A stretch of 64,000 nucleotides of DNA from Callorhinchus milii (lineage: Eukaryota). The stretch spans positions 21,516,001-21,580,000 of the forward strand of contig NW_024704743.1 in assembly GCF_018977255.1 (NCBI RefSeq), in the 5' to 3' direction. The notes beneath the pieces were generated by a model that searched no databases, was not told where the DNA came from, and saw only the letters and a list, made by a program, of their open reading frames with translations. The translations under genes were made by a program, and so were the position numbers. Below are positions 59,975 to 64,000 of this stretch, piece after piece (position 1 is the first letter of the stretch; each line of letters begins with the position of its first letter).

Positions 59975-61232
59975 CTGACAAATTACATTCTGTCCATCTG
60001 CGACCATGGCTCCCTCTGCTTCCTGGTCCTCCTTGGCCTCTCTGCTGCCTTTGAAACCATTGAGCACTCTATCCTCATCCACCGCCTCTCCTCTCACCTC
60101 AACCTTCATGGTTGTGTCCCTGAATGCTTCAGATTATACCTCTCACACCGCCTCCACTTCATTTCCACAAACGGTTTGTCCTCTCGTCCCTATACCATCT
60201 TGTGCGCGTTCCTCAGGGCTCTGTCCTTGGTCCCCTCCCTCTTCAACATCTATATGCTCCCTCTTGGTGACGTCATCCCCAGACATGGGGTCAACTTCCA
60301 CATGTATGCGGGTGACACCCAACTGTACCTCTCTGCCTGACTGTCAGACATCAAGTCCTGGATGAGAGCTAACTTTCTACAGTTGAATGTCAACAAGACC
60401 GAGGCTCTCCTGATTGGCTCCCGTCAGCCCCTCCTCACCTCAGGCGCTGACAGCATCACCATCCATGTTTGCACACTCCACCTTACTAAGCCGGTCCAGA
60501 ACCTTGGGGTCTTGTTTCACCCTCAACTATCCTTTCTACCCCACATCCGTGCCATGATCCGCTCTGTCTTCCCCCACCACCACAAAATTTCCCAGCTCCA
60601 CCATTGTCTCACACTGCAGACTGCCGAAAGCCTCATACACGCAATCATAACCTCAAGGCTTGACTATGCAAACTCTTTGCTTGTCGGCTTCCCCAACTCC
60701 TCCCTCCATAGGCTGCGGATCATCCAGAACTCTGCAGCCCGTGTCCTCTCCCGCAGCAGGCTCCGTGACCCTATCACCCCCATCCTTGCCCGACTCCACT
60801 GGTTTTCCATCACTCATATAGTTCAGAATCCTGGTCCTCACCTTCAAAGCCCTCCATGGCCTTGCTCCCCCCTACCTCTCTGACCTCCTAACCCCCTACC
60901 ATCATGCCCGCTCCCTCCGCTCAGCGGGCTTCAGCCTGCTTCACGTCCCCGCCTCGCCTGCCCCACCATTGACGGGTAGGCCTTCTGCCACTCTGCCCAC
61001 CCTCTGGAACTCTATCCCGCAGTCCCTCCACCTCACCCCCACTCTTGCCTCCTTCAAGACCCATCTCAAGACCCTCCTCATCAACCGTGCTTTTGATCAC
61101 CCTCCTTCCCCACCGCCTTCCACCCTCCCCAATCCCGACCCCCAGCTCAGGTCCGAAACACTGACTGTCCAGCACCTTGGTACGTCCTCCCGATGTGAAA
61201 AACGCTACACAAATGTAATTTTGTTGTTGTTG
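59975..61232 (+). mobile_element. L2 LINE, RT C-terminal half through the 3' tail (frameshifted)
   Basis: LSAAFETIEHSILIHRL, FHMYAGDTQLYL (YADD mutated), FLQLNVNKTE, TSRLDYANSLL, LWNSIPQ; (TTG)n tail. Confidence 0.95.
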
Positions 61233-61379
61233 GCTCTGACCCACTCAATCTCCTTGGCTTCTCTCTCAGACTCATCAAACTAGTGTGAAGCGAACTATCT
61301 TAGTGTAGGTTCAATCCTCAGGCTCTCTTTCTCTGACTAAAACCACTTTTCTTCACCTCTGTACTTATCTGCACAAAAT

Positions 61380-62405
61380 GACACTGAAACCCTTATTCAT
61401 GCCTTTGTTACCTCTCAAATCGACTTCGCAATGCATTTCTCACTAATCTCCTTAGTTCCACTATCCAACAAAAACAACTTGGATTTATGGACGGCGTCTC
61501 AGAGCGCTTCACAGTAACGGATCCCGGGGCTGAGCCAGGGGGATGGGGAGGAAGGTGACCAAATGCCCGGTCGAAAAGAAAGGTCTTCAGCAGGGACCTG
61601 AAAATAGGAAGAGAGGGGGTGAGGCGAAGGGAATTCCAGAGCCTCGGGGCATAGTGGCTGAAGGCACGGCTGCTGCGGGTGGAACGGAGGACTCGGGGAC
61701 GAGAAGGAGGCCAGACCCGGAGGAACAAAGGCAATGGGTATTGTTTTGAGGAGAGAGGAGGTCAGAGAGGTAGGGGGGTGCAGAGGAGTGGAGGGATTTG
61801 GATACAAGGGTGAGGATCTTGAAGTCGATCCTCTCTGGGACAGGCAGCCAGTGCAGTCTGGCAAGGACTGGGGTGATCGGGGAGCAGAGTTTGGTGCAGG
61901 TGAGAATGGGGGCAGCAGAGTTTTGAATGATCTGGATCCAGAAGTTTCACTCAAACAAAACTCTGCCACCCATATCCTCATTAAACTTTGCTTGCCCATA
62001 ACCCTAAACCTCGTCAGGCTCCACTGTCTCCCTGTTTCCCAATGGATCAATTCCTGGTCCTCAGACTTCACTATAAATCTCGCTATCTCCCTATTTTTGT
62101 GATTTTTTTCCTACTTCACTCCTGCTCAATCTCCTGTACTTGGCAAACTGGGGTCTCTGTGTGTTTCCGTCTCCCACAACTGAGCCTTCACCAACTACAC
62201 CACTAACCTCTGGAACTCCCTCCCTCAAGCCCTCTGTCCTCGTCTCTTCATCTCTGTTTTCAAATCCTGCTAGAAAACATACGTTTGCAACCCTGCCTAT
62301 GGTCACCTCCCTCCCTTCCTTGCTCGGCATCTGACAAGATCCCTGTGAAGCACTCTGAGACGGTACCCTACATTAAAGGAGCTTTATAAATGCATGCATG
62401 TTGTT
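61380..62405 (+). mobile_element. Old L2 3' region split by an opposite-strand L2
   Basis: ETLIHAFVTS before the insert; QNSA..LHCLPV after it. Confidence 0.7.
61468..61935 (-). mobile_element. L2 3' end, with probable 5-bp TSD
   Basis: IIQNSA, LHWLP..RIDFKIL, AFSHYAPRLWNS; atcca at 61463-61467 and 61936-61940. Confidence 0.85.
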
Positions 62406-62411
62406 ATAAGA

Positions 62412-62840
62412 TATAACAAGTTGCAATTATATAGCACACTTCACGCGAATAGCATCTTGTTCACTTAACGGTGGTGGAGCTTGATGCTGAGCCAGGAAGA
62501 GAGGGTAGGTGACTGTAGGTGCAGCCATAGAGGAAGTTCTTCAGATGCAATCAGAAGATGGACAAGGATGGCAAGGTTGAGGGATTGAAGCAGGAAGTTT
62601 CAGAGTTTCAGTGCATAGTGGCTTAAAGCACGGCCACAGATGGTGAAGCAGAGGAAACAAGGCAGGTGTAGAAGACCGGAGCAAGTTCAGCAAAGGGGGC
62701 ATGCAGAGTTTAGGAGGAGTTAGAGCACGAATGATTTGTGCATGAGTTTGAGGATCTTGAAGTCGATCCATTCCGCAATAGATAACAGGTAAGGACTGGG
62801 GTGATGAGGGCTAGGGAGTTTGTTACAGGTGAAAATGGAG
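62412..62840 (-). mobile_element. Old L2 3' end
   Basis: Tail acaagttgcaattatatagc; WIDFKIL in reverse complement. Confidence 0.7.
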
Positions 62841-62929
62841 ATATATACGGATATTTGCGATATTTGTAACTGTCATGACCTCATCTTTTGTTTCCAGGAA
62901 GTAAAATCAAAGACAAATGATATAATTTT

Positions 62930-63495
62930 GTAAATTCCATTTTAAAGGAGGTAAAATGAAGAGATATTCCAACAAGGAAAAATAAATATAGTAAGCCCGC
63001 GACTGTAATGACTGAATCAGGGTCAAAACTAAACTGAAGGCCAACGGTATTTTAAAAGAAGCAAAGAAATCACCAGTATTGAGTATTCACAGTCATGTAA
63101 AAGGGAAATAGTATAATGCATTGCTATAGCAACAAGCAGCATTCAAATATTTTTGTTAAAATCTATGTTAGCTTTGTGATTCCTTTCATTCTGATACATA
63201 AAAATAGGAATCTTTGCTCTATCTTTATAATGTACTTTCCCATTATAAAGACATAGATGGTTTTAGAGACCAGGGTAATACAGAGTGCTAACAACACGGA
63301 AGGTCCTTTAAAAAGGATCACCTCGGAGCAAATATTATGGAAGTTCATGAGACGGTGGATGTGCTGAATGGATTTTTCCCATCAATTCTGATGAAGATTG
63401 TGGTCAGATTTCAGTTGTAGTTATTTTGGCGAAGAAATCTTTAACTGGAGCTATCATCGGTAGAGCTTGTGTTTCAAAGAAATTAAAGGGATAAC
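62930..63495 (+). mobile_element. Highly decayed CR1 ORF2 (pre-RT linker) fragment
   Basis: RDIPTRK, GPLK and VDVLNGFFPSI resemble CR1 YIP / GPLK / AEVLNEYFASVF motifs in order. Confidence 0.5.
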
Positions 63496-63729
63496 ATTTC
63501 TCTTCTCATGATGTGTACTGTGTTTTGATGACGTGCATTCATTATGAGTATAGATTGTCTACATTCCTGAATTTCTGAAGTCCAGGATCAAGCAGCGAGG
63601 TGGATTTGTATTAAACAAGGGAAGTAGCTGCAGGAAGGGAGGGAGGAGGGCTCTGGCTCCATTGAACACCCTGGAGGCAGAGTCAGCTTCACAGCTTGCG
63701 TATCTATATGCTAAAGGCCCTCACATGAA

Positions 63730-63960
63730 GCTATCATAGGGTTTGATAAGGTAGCAAAAATAGGCTGTTTCCACTGGTTGGGTAGTGCATACCCAGGGAA
63801 CACAAATATAAGACAGCGACTAGGGGATCAAAAAGAGAATTTAGGAGGAACTACTTCACCCAAAGGGTAATGAGACTGTGGAACTCGTTCCCTGAAGTGG
63901 TGGTTGAATCAGATGGTATAGATGCATTGAAATGAAAGCTAGACCGTGACATGAGAGAGT
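63730..63960 (+). mobile_element. CR1 ORF2 C-terminal fragment
   Basis: RLFPLVG, FRRNYFTQRVMRLWNSFPEVVVESDGIDA. Confidence 0.88.
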
Positions 63961-64000
63961 GAATTTGTTGTCCACTCCTCGTTCATTGATCACTCACATG

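Overview
This is repeat-rich vertebrate genomic DNA. The repeat inventory (tRNA-Ala SINEs, Deu-domain SINEs, L2 and CR1 LINEs) points to a cartilaginous fish, probably a chimaera such as elephant shark; that assignment is inference from recalled repeat families. I found no intact protein-coding gene, and almost every long ORF in the track comes from L2/CR1 ORF2 remnants, SINEs or a polypyrimidine tract. Much of the window is layered retroposon debris: about 20 tRNA-Ala SINE copies in short and long forms, about 10 older Deu-type SINEs, many 5'-truncated L2 copies (the longest carries the RT YADD region), CR1 fragments, one decayed RTE-clade fragment and a duplicated Helitron-like 5' end. The most interesting non-repeat signal is in the left 12 kb: three minus-strand candidate exons (11803-11938, 6492-6546, 4873-5112) with canonical splice sites. 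Spliced together they look like a uORF-rich 5' leader, including a 37-aa ORF that exists only after splicing. Base-composition skew appears to flip at the N-gap and CT tract (12.7-13.8 kb), which may mark the hidden promoter. Other notable structures are a ~560-bp SINE palindrome, an L2 insertion with a 19-bp target-site duplication and a template-jump duplication, an L2 5' fold-back, a minisatellite built from the SINE 3' stem-loop, SINE/L2 stem covariation, and an unnamed ~110-bp dispersed repeat. There is no evidence of CRISPR or any prokaryotic system. Boundaries of decayed repeats are approximate.
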